This document shows positions 41,642 to 53,486 of a stretch of DNA of 64,000 nucleotides, one piece after another. The DNA lies in assembly GCA_963841735.1 (NCBI GenBank), contig CAWJDT010000001.1, forward strand, positions 1,472,001-1,536,000. The letters run 5' to 3'. Position numbers and translations under genes: made by a program. The notes beneath the pieces are model-generated. The model was not told the DNA's origin and did no database searches. It was given only the letters and a program-made list of their open reading frames with translations. Within the stretch, counting starts at the first letter, position 1; each line of letters begins with the position of its first letter. Origin of the DNA: an uncultured Actinomycetes bacterium (GTDB taxonomy: Bacteria; Actinomycetota; Thermoleophilia; RBG-16-64-13).

Positions 41642-43594
41642 TCACCCGCCCAGCTCCTCCAGTAGCTCCCACCGCGCGTACGTCTCGGCGAGCTCCAACT
41701 CCAGCGCCGCCAACCTGGCATTGGTAGCAGCCACCTGGGCGGAGTCGCTCGCGGCGTAGAACTCCGACGAGCCAAGCGTGGCGATGATCCCGGATCGCTC
41801 CTCTTCCAAGGCCTCGATCTTCTGGGGCAGCGCCTCCAGCTCTTTGGTCTCTTTGAAGGAGAGCCTGCGTTTGGTCAGCGGGCGCCGCTCCGGCGCCTGC
41901 GCTCCAAGCGGCCGTGCCTCCGGCTCCGGCGCCTCGGCGGGCTGCGCCGCGCCCTTCGCCGCGCTCTGCGCGCGCGCCCCGGCCACCGGCGCCTTACGCG
42001 CCTTGCGCTGGCGCAGCCAGTCATCATATCCGCCAACGTATTCCCTCAGTCGCCCGTCGTCCTCGAAGACCAGGGTGGAGGTGACCACGTTGTTGAGAAA
42101 GGCCCTGTCGTGGCTGACCAACAGGATGGTGCCGCTGTAGGTCAGCAGCCGCTCCTCCAGAAGGCCGAGGGTCTCGGTGTCGAGGTCGTTGGTGGGTTCG
42201 TCGAGCACCAGAACGTTCGACGGCACGCTGAAGAGCTTGGCCAGCAGCAGGCGGTTGCGCTCGCCGCCGGAGAGCAGCCGGACGGGCGCCTGGATCTGCT
42301 CCGGGGAGAAGAGGAAATCCTGCAGGTACCCCACCACGTGCCGCGACTTCCCTTCCACCGAGACGGTGTCGCCGCCGTCGGCGATGCTTTCCCTCAGCGT
42401 GCGGTCGTCGTCGAGTTGCGCCCGCAGTTGGTCGAAGTAGGCGATCTTGAGCCCGGCTCCCAGGCGGACCCGGCCTTTCTGGGGTTGCAGCTCTCCCAAC
42501 AGGATCTTGAGCAGAGTGGTCTTACCCGACCCGTTGGGGCCTAGGACGCCCACCCTGTCCCCGCGGATGATGGCGGTGGAGAAGTTGTCGACTATCTTCT
42601 TGCCGTCAAAGGCAAACGATATCTTCTCGGCCTCGGCTACTAACCGACCGCTGCGATTTGCCTCCACGATGGCGATCTGGGCGTTACCCATCCGTTCCCG
42701 GCGTTGGTCGCGTTCCAGTCGGAGCTGCTCCAGCGCCCGCACCCTGCCTTCGTTGCGCGTGCGGCGGGCCTTGATGCCCTGCCTGATCCAGACCTCTTCC
42801 TTGGCCAGCTTCTTGTCGAAGTCCTGCCAGGCCTTCTCTTCGGCATCCAGCATGCCCTGCCGGCGCTCCAGGTAGGTGGCGTAGTCGCAGTCGAAGGCCA
42901 GCAGGCGGCCCCGGTCGATCTCGACGATCCTGGTGGCGATGCGCTGCAGGAAGGCGCGGTCGTGGGTGACAAAGACGAGAGTCTTGTTGAATCTAAGAAG
43001 GAATTCCTCCAGCCAGAGGATGGCAGAGATGTCCAGGTGGTTGGTGGGCTCGTCCAGCAGAAGCACGTCGGGCTCGTGGGCGAGGGCCCTGGCCAGCAAG
43101 ACCCGGCGCTTCAGGCCCGCGGAGAGTGTCCCGAACTCCGCGTTCTCGTCCAGGCTGGTGAGCGAGATCACCTGTTCTACCCGCTGGTGAAAATCCCAGG
43201 CGCCCGACGTCTCCAGCCGGTGCTGCACGTGCTCGAGCTTCTTGAGAAGACTCGCGTCGCCCCCGTGGGACAGTTGCATGGTCAGCTCGTGATATTGGTG
43301 CAGCACGTCGAGATGTCCCTGGCCGCCGGAGGCGACGATGTCATAGGCCGTCCCTGGCAGAGCCTCAGGGACCTCCTGGGGGAGGAGCGAGACACGCACC
43401 TCGGCGCCTTGGACGATCTCTCCCGAATCCGGGGGGATATCGCCATGGAGCATGTTCAGAAGCGTCGACTTGCCGGCCCCGTTGCGGCCCAGCAGGCCGA
43501 TGCGTTCGCCCGCCTCGATGGCGAGCGACGCCCCGTCGAGCAAAAGCGGCCCGCCGAGATTGACCGAGACGTTGTTGATCCATATCTGTGCCAT
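41642..43594 (-). CDS. uup: ABC-F family ATPase (Uup-like)
   Basis: Two NBDs (GRNGAGKST, GPNGSGKTT; LDEPTNHLD, LDEPTNDLD), EEVWIRQGIKARRTRNEGR linker, C-terminal coiled coil ending YARWELLE. Confidence 0.88.
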   Translation of the reverse strand: MAQIWINNVSVNLGGPLLLDGASLAIEAGERIGLLGRNGAGKSTLLNMLHGDIPPDSGEIVQGAEVRVSLLPQEVPEALPGTAYDIVASGGQGHLDVLHQYHELTMQLSHGGDASLLKKLEHVQHRLETSGAWDFHQRVEQVISLTSLDENAEFGTLSAGLKRRVLLARALAHEPDVLLLDEPTNHLDISAILWLEEFLLRFNKTLVFVTHDRAFLQRIATRIVEIDRGRLLAFDCDYATYLERRQGMLDAEEKAWQDFDKKLAKEEVWIRQGIKARRTRNEGRVRALEQLRLERDQRRERMGNAQIAIVEANRSGRLVAEAEKISFAFDGKKIVDNFSTAIIRGDRVGVLGPNGSGKTTLLKILLGELQPQKGRVRLGAGLKIAYFDQLRAQLDDDRTLRESIADGGDTVSVEGKSRHVVGYLQDFLFSPEQIQAPVRLLSGGERNRLLLAKLFSVPSNVLVLDEPTNDLDTETLGLLEERLLTYSGTILLVSHDRAFLNNVVTSTLVFEDDGRLREYVGGYDDWLRQRKARKAPVAGARAQSAAKGAAQPAEAPEPEARPLGAQAPERRPLTKRRLSFKETKELEALPQKIEALEEERSGIIATLGSSEFYAASDSAQVAATNARLAALELELAETYARWELLEELGG

Positions 43595-43648
43595 CAGGAG
43601 AGGGAGTATAGGGCCAAGGACAAATGGTGGTGCTGTCGGGGCGGGCCG

Positions 43649-45148
43649 CTAGCCCCTCCGGTGGCGCCAATAGGCCAGTGCGCCGACGACGACGCCCGCG
43701 GATAAGAGGATCTTGCCGTTGGATTCCCCGCGGGCCAGTTCGACGGCGCCCACCACGACCATGACGCCGGCGACGAGAGCCATAGTGAAGAGGCGCCTTC
43801 TCGAGGACACATCCGTCTGCTTGCGCGGCGCTCCGCGCCCTGGCTGTCCGCGCCCTACCGACTCGCCCACTGTCCGCCCGGTCGCTTCGGACTCGGCCGC
43901 CGGTAGTGTCGGCGCTCCGCGGGTGGACCAGGCCCCGGCCAGCCGGCTCCAGGTGAGTGCGCGCGACGACAGGAGGTTCTCAGCGCGGAAGAGCCGTCCG
44001 GCCAGGAGTGCGCAGAGATATGAGGACACTCCCAAGGCAAGCAGCCCGGCCAGCGACTGCCACCAGGGGACGATGGTCGCTCCCATTCTAGCCACCATGG
44101 CTATGGGTGCCGTCAAGGGAACGAGACTGAGGGTAGTGGCAAGGACCCCGTTGGGGGCGTCCGAGAAGGTGCCGCTGAGGAGCAGGGGGACGATCAGCGG
44201 AATGATGGCGACGAACACGAACTGATTGGCGTCCCGGGCAGTGGGCGCGAGCACGCCGAGCACGGCATAGACCGACGCGTACATCAGGTAGCCAAGCAGG
44301 AAATAGCCAAGCGTCCAGGGGATCGCCTGGGCTGCGATCGCGCCGCCGACGTTGAGGTCGACACCGCCTATGCTTCCTCGCCCGAGCACCACGCCGAAGA
44401 AGACTGCCAACCAGACCACCACCTGCAGCAACCCCACCGCGGAGAGACCGGCGATCTTGCCAAGCATGAGGTCGCGCGGTTTCACGCTCACGAGGAGTAT
44501 CTCGGCCGTGCGGTTCTCCTTCTCCTTGGAGACGCTCTGGAGCATGAAGCCGCTGGTCATCGCCAGCGCCATGTAGAGGATGAACATGAGCATGTAGGGC
44601 AGAAAGTAGCTCGCCGCCGGACTGTCAGGAGCTTGGGCGCCGGTGGGGGCCAGGGCCAGCGACTCCAATCTGGGGGTGGGGTCCAGGAGCAGCCCGGCAA
44701 GCCTCTCGTCGCCGGTGAGGCCGGTGTTGATGACGTACGCCATCAGGTCGGTGCCCTCCAGGGCCCGCAAGGGCTGATATCGAGTCTCGACCACGGTCAA
44801 GCGGCCTGAGGCCACGTAGTCTTGGGGGATGAGGTAGTAGCGGTCGATCTCGGCGCGCGCCAAGGACGCCTGAGCCTGTTGCTCGTCCCCGTAGCTCCGT
44901 ACAAGGCCCCGCGGAAGGCCGGCGGGCGCCGTGCGCAGCAGGCCGCCCGAGTCGACGTACCCCATCGGCTTCATTCCCTCATCAAGGCCGGGTATCGTCG
45001 TCTGCGACCCTTCGCCGGGCGTGAGCAGCTGAGTTAGCAGCACGAGAAGCAGGATCGCGGCCGGCAGGAGGAAGGTGGTGAACCAGAACGACTTCCGCAC
45101 CAACGTAGTGTGTGCCTCGTACTTGGCTGTCAGCCACACGTCGCGCAT
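43649..45148 (-). CDS. ABC permease (NatB/YhaP-like)
   Basis: SVSKEKENRTAEILLVSV...GKIAG, PLTAPIAMVAR; extra C-terminal TM pair. Confidence 0.85.
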   Translation of the reverse strand: MRDVWLTAKYEAHTTLVRKSFWFTTFLLPAAILLLVLLTQLLTPGEGSQTTIPGLDEGMKPMGYVDSGGLLRTAPAGLPRGLVRSYGDEQQAQASLARAEIDRYYLIPQDYVASGRLTVVETRYQPLRALEGTDLMAYVINTGLTGDERLAGLLLDPTPRLESLALAPTGAQAPDSPAASYFLPYMLMFILYMALAMTSGFMLQSVSKEKENRTAEILLVSVKPRDLMLGKIAGLSAVGLLQVVVWLAVFFGVVLGRGSIGGVDLNVGGAIAAQAIPWTLGYFLLGYLMYASVYAVLGVLAPTARDANQFVFVAIIPLIVPLLLSGTFSDAPNGVLATTLSLVPLTAPIAMVARMGATIVPWWQSLAGLLALGVSSYLCALLAGRLFRAENLLSSRALTWSRLAGAWSTRGAPTLPAAESEATGRTVGESVGRGQPGRGAPRKQTDVSSRRRLFTMALVAGVMVVVGAVELARGESNGKILLSAGVVVGALAYWRHRRG

Positions 45149-45155
45149 GGCGCGA

Positions 45156-46335
45156 TCACCCCCGAGCCCGGACGGCGTCGAGGATGTTCCGCAGGGTCAT
45201 CCGACGTCCGTATCGCAACATGCCGCGGCGAAATACCCTAGGCGCGGCCCAGATGCCGAGGCCCGCACACCCGGCCAGGATCGCCCAGCCAGAGATGAGC
45301 TGCCAAAGGGGCACGATGGTAGCGCCCCAGCGAAGGGCCACCGTGAGTAGCGAGGTGGTGGGAAAGAGGGTGAGCACGACCATCAACGTCCCGTCGGGAT
45401 TGCTACCGAGCAGAGAGGAGAAGAACAAAGGGATAAGGAAAAGGAAGCTTATCAATCCCACGAACTGCTGGCCCTGGCGGGTGTCGGTGACCGCGACGCC
45501 AAGAGTGACCACCATCGCGGCCGCCAGTGTGAACAAGGGCACGAAGTAGGCCGCCAGCACCCCGACCAGACTCCAGGAGACTTCCAGCCCGCCTAGAGAG
45601 TCCGTGAAACTGGCGGCCACCGCGAGCCCTCCCACCACCACCAGTGCCCACAGGAGCACCTGGGTCAGCGCCACCCCCACGAGGCCCGCCGCCTTGCCTG
45701 CGATGAGCTGCCCGGGCGAGACCGAGGTGGTCATGATCTCTATGGTCCGGTTCTCCTTTTCGTCGCTGATCGCTCGCAAGAGGTAGCCGCTCGCGCTCAT
45801 GAGGGCGAACGAGATGAAAAGGCCGAGGGCGAAGGGCAGGATGATCGTGACCATGCCGCGACTGTCCATCTGCCGGCTGGCGTCGGCGGAGCGGACCACG
45901 AAGTCGCTCGGGCCGCTGAGGGTGCGCGCGGCCAAGTCGGGGGGCAGTTCGGCCACCAGGTTGGCCTTGAGAAACGAATCGAAGCGCTCCTGGAGCTGGA
46001 CTGCGGGCGGCCGTTCCCAATAGAAGAGCTGCGTCTTTCCAGAGGTCGGGTAGTCGGGGGAGATGACGTAGAAACCGCGGATCTCGCCGGTCTCCAGGGA
46101 GGCTCTTGCGGCGTCTATGGTCAGGAACGAGCGAAATCCCGGATCATCCCGTGCCGCTGCCAACAATCCGCTCTGGTCAACGTAGCCCAGGGTGGGCGCG
46201 TCTCCGCCGCGCCCGTTTGCCAGTGCGCTCACGGCTATCAAGGCGATGATCAGCAAAGGCATGCCGAAGGTGGCCAACAGGAAGCTGCGCCGGCGGACAT
46301 TCTTCAGATACTCGCTCTGGGCTATGAGGCGGAAC

Positions 46336-46343
<8 letters not shown>
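45156..46343 (-). CDS. ABC permease (NatB/YhaP-like)
   Basis: EYLKNVRRRSF, EKENRTIEIMTTSV, GKAAG; GTG start assumed. Confidence 0.85.
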
Positions 46344-47286
<943 letters not shown>

Positions 47287-47533
47287 GGCCGTGGCTCCTC
47301 CTGGATGCGGACTGCTGGGACCGTCACATTATAATCGGTGGTCAGCGTCGGAGCGCCGCGGCTCCGGCATGGCGGCCATGCAGCAATTGATACAGCACCA
47401 GAGACAGCGCCGCGACGCCGGCCATGACCCCGTCCGGTAGCCTATCCAAGGGATCACGCTTACGCTCACCTTATCCCTAGTAACTAGGATGGAGGGCGAG
47501 CAAACAGGGATTGGCATTGAGCATGGAGGTGTC

Positions 47534-48778
47534 ATGGCAAAGACCAAACGCTTCAGGACGAGGCGTAGCCGGGTGACTTTGGCAGTCGTCGCGATCGCGG
47601 TACTCGCGCTGGTTGCGTGGTTGGTCTATCGGGGGATGGCCGGTGACGCCGTAGCCACGGTGACCTATACCACCGGGACCGTGCAGAAGACCACGCTCGT
47701 GTCTTCGATAGACGGCACCGGCAACATCGAACTGCCGGACACGGCCTCCGTGGCACCCACCGTATCCGGCGAGGTCTCCGATCTCCAGGTGAAAATGGGG
47801 GACACGGTGGAGAAGGAGCAAGTCCTCTTCACTCTGATCAACCCGCAACTGGACGTGGCGGTGGCCGAAGCGCAGAACGCCTACGACAAGGCGGTGCTTG
47901 CCGTCGACTCGGCCCGATTTGACCTCACCTCGGCGCAGACCAGCCTGGCCAGTTCTTACAACTCCGGCTCCACCGCGCTCACGATAAGGCAGTCGAAGGC
48001 CAGTGTCACCAGCGCCGAACTCGCGATCACAGCGGCGCAGACCGCGGTGACTTCGGCTCAAATAGCGCTTGACCAGGCCAAGGACGACGCAGCCGCACGC
48101 ACCGTGACCGCTCCCCTGGCGGGGGTGATCACGGCCCTTTCGGTCGAGGACGGCAGCACGGCCGGTGGTTCCGGCGGGAGCGCCGCCGTGACTATCACCG
48201 ACCCAGACGTCTACCAGGCCACCATCACTCTCGCCGAGTCGGACATCAGCACGGTGGAGGTAGGCCAGAGGGCCATGCTCACGTTCGACGCGCTCCCCGA
48301 CCTCAACTTGATCGGCCAGGTGACAAGGGTAGACACCACCGGGGCCAACGAATCGGGAGTGGTCTCGTACGGCGTGGTCATCACCCCCGAGGTGATGGAT
48401 GCGTCCATCAAGGGCGGTATGACGGTGTCGGTGAGCATCATCACTGCCACGGCGCAGGATGTGCTCGCGGTGCCCAGCGCGGCGGTCAAATCGTCGGCGG
48501 CCGGCAAGTATGTGCAGATCCTGGAGAACGGGCAGCCGGTCAAGGTTACCGTCGAGGTGGGGATGTCCAACGACGCCTACACGGAGATTACCAGCGGATT
48601 GACCGAGGGCCAGGAGATCATAGTGGCGACCACGTCGAGCGGCAGCACCGTTACCACCGAGAGCCAGCGCCAGGGGAACATGCTGGGGCAGGGCGGTTTC
48701 ATCATCGACGGCAACGGCCCGCCGGCCGGCGGCTTCCCGTCGGGCGGCGGAAGCTTCCCCGCCCCTCAGGGACAATGA
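47534..48778 (+). CDS. Efflux membrane-fusion / periplasmic adaptor (MacA-like)
   Basis: N-terminal TM, lipoyl half-motifs (VKMGDTVEKEQVL; APLAGVI), helical hairpin, EITSGLTEGQ. Confidence 0.88.
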   Translation: MAKTKRFRTRRSRVTLAVVAIAVLALVAWLVYRGMAGDAVATVTYTTGTVQKTTLVSSIDGTGNIELPDTASVAPTVSGEVSDLQVKMGDTVEKEQVLFTLINPQLDVAVAEAQNAYDKAVLAVDSARFDLTSAQTSLASSYNSGSTALTIRQSKASVTSAELAITAAQTAVTSAQIALDQAKDDAAARTVTAPLAGVITALSVEDGSTAGGSGGSAAVTITDPDVYQATITLAESDISTVEVGQRAMLTFDALPDLNLIGQVTRVDTTGANESGVVSYGVVITPEVMDASIKGGMTVSVSIITATAQDVLAVPSAAVKSSAAGKYVQILENGQPVKVTVEVGMSNDAYTEITSGLTEGQEIIVATTSSGSTVTTESQRQGNMLGQGGFIIDGNGPPAGGFPSGGGSFPAPQGQ

Positions 48779-49507
48779 TGGCGACGACGGCCGAGCCCGG
48801 CATGAACGGTCATATGATCGAGTGCCGCGACCTGACCAAGACCTATGTCTCGGGCACTGCTGAGACGCCGGCCCTCAGAGGCGTGAGTCTCACCATCGAC
48901 CCCGGCGAGTACCTGGCCATCATGGGTCCGTCGGGTTCCGGCAAATCGACGCTCATGCACATACTTGGCGCGCTCGACACGCCCACTAGTGGGCAGTACT
49001 TCTTCGAGGGTCAGGACGTATCGGAGTTGACCGATGACGAGTTGGCCGACATGCGGCGGACGCGCATCGGCTTTGTGTTCCAGTCGTTCAACCTGCTGCC
49101 CCGGGCCACGGTAATCCGCAACACCGTCCTGCCCTTGGTATACGCCGGTGTACCGCGCGCGGAGCGTCAGGAGCGGGCGGAAGCGGCGTTGCGCAAGGCG
49201 GGCCTGGAGGAGTCGCACTGGAACCATCTCTCCAACGAGCTGTCCGGCGGCCAGATCCAGCGGGTGGCGATCGCCCGCGCGCTTATCAACGAACCCGCGC
49301 TCATCCTTGCGGACGAGCCCACCGGCAATCTGGATACCCAGACGGGCGAGATCATCCTGGGCACGTTCGACGGAACTCAACGAGCGCGGTCATACCATCG
49401 TCCTCATCACCCACGAGCCGGCCATCGCCGAGAGGGCGAAGCGGGCCGTCAGGATCCAGGACGGACTGATAGTGAGTGATAAGCAGAACGGGGGGGTGGC
49501 GGCATGA
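48775..49507 (+). CDS. ABC ATP-binding protein (MacB NBD-like; frameshift near 49370)
   Basis: [33 protein letters not shown]; HTIVLITHE in the next frame. Confidence 0.88.
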
Positions 49508-50736
49508 AGATGATGGACGTCCTCGAAGAGTCGGTCATCGCCATCTCCACCAACAAGATCCGCTCCGGTCTCACCGTCCTCGGCATCGTCATCGGCATCG
49601 CCTCGGTCATCGCTCTCACCGCCGTCGGCCAGGGCAGCCAGGCTTCGATAACGGATAGCATCCAAGCGGCGGGAGCCAACCTTCTGACGGTATCGCCTGG
49701 TGCGTCTACAGGTTCCGGCATGGTGCGAGGGGCGTTTGGTGACGCGAAGACCCTCAAAGTCACCGATGCCGACGCCATAGCTCAATTGCCGCTGGCCGCA
49801 GCCTCGGCCCAGCAGGTGACCGGCCGCTACCAAGTGGTGACCACCACCGGCAACAGCAACGTGCAGGTCATCGCTACGACCACCCAATATCAACAAGTGC
49901 GCAACGTGGAGATAGCGAGCGGCACCTTCTTTTCCGACCAGCAGGTGGACGATTCCTCCAAGGTGGCGGTCCTCGGGTCGCAGGTGGCCACCGATCTCTT
50001 CGGTGACCCCGCCGCCGGCGGCACCGATCCCATCGGCACGACCGTCCGTATCAAAAGCGCTAAGTTCACGGTCATCGGGGTGGCGGCCTCCAAAGGAGGT
50101 ATGGGACCCGACACCGCCGACAACGCCATCTACGTGCCGCTCACCACGGGCCAGAAACTGCTGGCAGGTCAGAGCAAGTATCTGTCGCAGGTCAGCATAG
50201 AAGCGGTCGACGCGAGAAGCATGACGCAATTGGAGACGGATATCACCAGTCTGCTGCTCCAACTGCACGGCATCGCCGACGCGGACTCGGCCGACTTCCG
50301 CGTGATCAACCAAGCCGACCTCACCGCCACTATGACCTCCACCTCCCGCACGCTCACGCTGCTCCTGGCCGCCATCGCAGGGATCTCCCTGGTGGTCGGC
50401 GGAATCGGCATTATGAACATGATGCTCAGCACCGTCACCGAGCGGACTCGGGAGATAGGTCTGCGCAAGGCCATAGGAGCCAACCGTAGGGACGTGAGCA
50501 GCCAGTTTCTGGTAGAAGCCGTGATCCTGACCTTCATCAGCGGCATCATCGGTGTGGTGCTGGGCTGGTTGGTCTCGCTGGGCATCAGGCACTGGGGCGG
50601 GCTGGACACTGTGATAACCGCGCGGTGGGTGGTCATCGCCTTCGGACTGTCGGCGCTTATTGGCATCGTCTTCGGCTTCTACCCGGCGCGCCGGGCGGCC
50701 GGGCTCAATCCCATCGAAGCACTCAGATATGAATAG
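49504..50736 (+). CDS. MacB-type ABC permease
   Basis: [54 protein letters not shown]. Confidence 0.92.
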   Translation: MKMMDVLEESVIAISTNKIRSGLTVLGIVIGIASVIALTAVGQGSQASITDSIQAAGANLLTVSPGASTGSGMVRGAFGDAKTLKVTDADAIAQLPLAAASAQQVTGRYQVVTTTGNSNVQVIATTTQYQQVRNVEIASGTFFSDQQVDDSSKVAVLGSQVATDLFGDPAAGGTDPIGTTVRIKSAKFTVIGVAASKGGMGPDTADNAIYVPLTTGQKLLAGQSKYLSQVSIEAVDARSMTQLETDITSLLLQLHGIADADSADFRVINQADLTATMTSTSRTLTLLLAAIAGISLVVGGIGIMNMMLSTVTERTREIGLRKAIGANRRDVSSQFLVEAVILTFISGIIGVVLGWLVSLGIRHWGGLDTVITARWVVIAFGLSALIGIVFGFYPARRAAGLNPIEALRYE

Positions 50737-50739
50737 CCA

Positions 50740-51576
50740 ATGGAGGGCAAGGTAATGGCGAAAGGTCAGAAGCAGACACCTACGGGACGGCGCGCGACAT
50801 CCGACTGTCTCGGGAGACGCTCGCCAAGAAGAAGGGCCAGCTGGGGGCTGCTGGGTGTCGCCCTGCTCCTCATGGCGATGATCGCCGCCTCCGTCGCGGC
50901 CTGTGGCTCCGACACGGGGGCCGCCTCGGGCACCACGACGACGAGCGCTGTGGCCGACGCCACCGGCCAGACTGGGCCCCGGGGGCAGTTCCCTGGCGGC
51001 GCTGGGGGACCGATGATGCAGGGTGGCCTCCTCGCCACCACGGACGTCACCACCAGCACCACGCTCGCCCAGACCACCACCAGCACTCCGGCGCCGACGA
51101 CCACGACCACGCTGGCGGAAGGCAGCTACTCCGACGGCATCTATCTGGTGGGTACCGACATCAGCTCGGGCCTCTACAAGGGGACTGTGGATGACGGCGC
51201 CGGCCACTGGGAGATCTCGACCGACGCCAACGGAGAAAGGTTCGTCGCGAGCGGTGACCCGGCAGGCCAGTTCTACGTGAAGGCCACCAGCGGCTACTAC
51301 CTCCGGCTGACCGGAGTCACCATAGCGAAGGCGAGCACCACAGCTGCCGACCCGCTCCCGTCGAGCAACATCGGCGACGGCACCTATCGCGTGGGCTATG
51401 ACATCGCCGCCGGTTGGTATCAGGGGGCGGTGGACGACTCCATGGGCTACTGGGAGGTGACGAGCGACGCAAACGCCCAGAGCCTGGTAGCGAACGACTA
51501 CCCGTTGGCGCCGTTCACGGTGAAGGTGAAGAGTGGGCAGTACATCACGCTGCGGGGGGTGAGCATAGGGCAGTAG
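50740..51576 (+). CDS. Lipoprotein with two tandem DGxYxVGxDIxxGxY repeats
   Basis: VAAC lipobox, Thr-rich linker, repeats at about 51127-51324 and 51370-51567. Confidence 0.75.
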   Translation: MEGKVMAKGQKQTPTGRRATSDCLGRRSPRRRASWGLLGVALLLMAMIAASVAACGSDTGAASGTTTTSAVADATGQTGPRGQFPGGAGGPMMQGGLLATTDVTTSTTLAQTTTSTPAPTTTTTLAEGSYSDGIYLVGTDISSGLYKGTVDDGAGHWEISTDANGERFVASGDPAGQFYVKATSGYYLRLTGVTIAKASTTAADPLPSSNIGDGTYRVGYDIAAGWYQGAVDDSMGYWEVTSDANAQSLVANDYPLAPFTVKVKSGQYITLRGVSIGQ

Positions 51577-51584
51577 TCCAAGGT

Positions 51585-51630
51585 CTGGCGCTGTTGGGAC
51601 GGGGCGGAGCGGGAGCCAGGGGGTGAGTCT
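51585..51630 (+). repeat. Motif A copy 1
   Basis: CTGGCGCTGTTGGGACGGGGCGGAGCGGGAGCCAGGGGGTGAGTCT. Confidence 0.85.
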
Positions 51631-51652
51631 GAGACCGGACTGCGTGGGACGC

Positions 51653-52570
51653 CTAGGTCCAGGGCCCTCCAGGACTCCAAGTTCCTGTGGACCCGTTCTG
51701 GGCGGCCGCGCCTTCGAGAGCCGGCCACAAGAACGTCCTGATCGCGAGCACGACCTCCCCGAGTTCACGACCGGGGAGTCCGGATCGTTTGAGGAATCCC
51801 TCCCACTGCGCTCGCTTTGTTGCATCCTCGGCAAAGGCGTCGGTCAACCCTGTGGGGACATCCCTGGGGAGAACCGTATCTCTCCGGGCGAACGTGGCTC
51901 TAAGGGCTTCGACAAGAAGCGCACCCCGGAACGTGAACGAGCGTGCCATATCGGCGAGATCGTAGTAGTCCTTCATCCGACTGTTGACCATCCCCAGCTT
52001 CACTATGGTCTGGATCTTCTCCGCGGCGGCCGTTTCTTTGGGATAGCCGAGCAGGCGGGCGGGCCTGAGTCCAAGACCGGGGAGGAGCGCCGGGTAATCG
52101 ATCAGGTTGGCCGCCGGCGTGACGGCGTCGCCCACACCGATGTCTATCTGCACTTGCAGCCGGGCTTTGGTCAGGCTTCCAGAGAGCCTTACCCTGACGC
52201 CCCCATACTCAGTGTCCTCTCGGATCTCTTCGGCCGACACCGACGCGGGTTCAAAGACGATGCCGTCCTCTTCATCATCCAGCGCACAGACTGCTCGGAA
52301 GATGTCCGAGGCCGCCCCGACATTCATCGGCCCAAAGCCCAACAGATCGATGTCCTTGGTCGGCCGGTGGGGTTCCTCGGTCCATACGTAGAACAGCGAA
52401 GCTCCCTTGAGAACGAAACGGTGTCCGTGTTCGGTCCGAGACAGTCGGGATAGTAGGCGCTCTCGGGCATAGCGCTGGAAAACCGCCTCAGGGGTTTCGC
52501 CTCGCGTCCTCGCGATCTTAGTGAGCATCTGCCTGATCGATGCCGCCCGCTCTGAGGTCGCTTCTCCCAC
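51653..52570 (-). CDS. abiEii: AbiEii-family nucleotidyltransferase toxin (type IV TA / abortive infection)
   Basis: YARERLLSRL, FVLKGASL, RPTKDIDLL, QIDIGVGD, AEKIQT, SRMKDYYDL. Confidence 0.9.
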   Translation of the reverse strand: MGEATSERAASIRQMLTKIARTRGETPEAVFQRYARERLLSRLSRTEHGHRFVLKGASLFYVWTEEPHRPTKDIDLLGFGPMNVGAASDIFRAVCALDDEEDGIVFEPASVSAEEIREDTEYGGVRVRLSGSLTKARLQVQIDIGVGDAVTPAANLIDYPALLPGLGLRPARLLGYPKETAAAEKIQTIVKLGMVNSRMKDYYDLADMARSFTFRGALLVEALRATFARRDTVLPRDVPTGLTDAFAEDATKRAQWEGFLKRSGLPGRELGEVVLAIRTFLWPALEGAAAQNGSTGTWSPGGPWT

Positions 52571-52577
52571 GATGCTC

Positions 52578-53180
52578 CTACAGCAGCGATTCGAGATAGG
52601 GACGCATGACGTTCTGAACGCGGCAGACACAGGCGAAGCGCCAGAGATCGTCCATAGAGCACTTCTTCTGCCGCCAGCAGTCACGCAGGGCCTCAAGGGC
52701 GACATCGAGGCCGAGCTTGTTGCGATACTTGAAGCAGTCGGCAACAGTCTTGGCTGGTGAGTAGATGCGTACGGTCACTCCGTCGATGACGTGCTCCTCG
52801 ACGCCCTCCGCGTACGCTATCCCCGAGAAACGGACCACCTTGAGCGGTATGCGCCCTTCGCTAGCGGGCCAATCGGTGGGTTGGAGGGCGATCCATACGA
52901 GGTGGGGGACCTGGGTGGTTAGCTCGTGGTACTGCAGCGCCGAGAGCAGGCAGATCACACCTCGAGGCACCAGAGCGGCCGCCTCGGCGAGACTGGCGTG
53001 CTCCGACCGCGAAAGGTCGCTTCGGACGTAGAGGCCCCGAGCCGGTTGCTCCAGCAGGCCAGCGTCGCGTAGACGCGGAAGCTCACGTCGCGATAGGCCG
53101 ATAGCCTCCACGTCACGCGGCCTTAGGACGCCTCTTCGGGCGGCCAGTTCGAGGATACTGTCGACGACCTGTTGCTTCAC
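52578..53180 (-). CDS. abiEi: AbiEi-family antitoxin / transcriptional regulator
   Basis: N-terminal wHTH (RGLY), CLLSALQYHELTTQVP, YSPAKTVADCFKYRNKLG; GTG after GAGGAG. Confidence 0.88.
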   Translation of the reverse strand: MKQQVVDSILELAARRGVLRPRDVEAIGLSRRELPRLRDAGLLEQPARGLYVRSDLSRSEHASLAEAAALVPRGVICLLSALQYHELTTQVPHLVWIALQPTDWPASEGRIPLKVVRFSGIAYAEGVEEHVIDGVTVRIYSPAKTVADCFKYRNKLGLDVALEALRDCWRQKKCSMDDLWRFACVCRVQNVMRPYLESLL

Positions 53181-53220
53181 GTCGCTCCTCAGCGAAAGGT
53201 GACTCGTACCAGTTCGTTGC

Positions 53221-53249
53221 ATTCTGCCCATTTCCTATGTACTTGTCAA
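53221..53249 (-). promoter_or_regulatory. Promoter of abiEi-abiEii
   Basis: Minus strand TTGACA-17 nt-CAGAAT; the -35 overlaps an inverted repeat GTACTTG (53239-53245) / CAAGTAC (53269-53275). Confidence 0.6.
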
Positions 53250-53321
53250 TATCTATCAATGAATGGGGCAAGTACGCTCTCACCGTGGTGAGTCGGGGCT
53301 TACGTTCACGCCACTGACTTG

Positions 53322-53486
53322 TCAAAGACCCCGCAGTTCGCTTCGACCGCACGACGAAGCCTACGCCGCCAGGCTCGGTAGTGATGTGCGACTTTGGGTG
53401 GAGGTTGGCGCGCTGGGGTCAGTCCGAGCAACCGAGCGCAAGCTGGTCCGGAGTCCAGAGGGTCAAGCGGAGGGTTGGGGCCTCAA
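53322..53486 (+). repeat. Motif B copy 1
   Basis: Aligns by eye to 56616-56759: 38/47 identical in the left block and 27/33 in the right block. Confidence 0.75.

Noticed and set aside
49390-51834. Long antisense ORFs (also 21767..23221, 24862..26037, 47477..48775, 53605..54783, 9463..10500)
   Set aside because: Mirror frames of well-supported genes, expected in high-GC DNA; no motifs.
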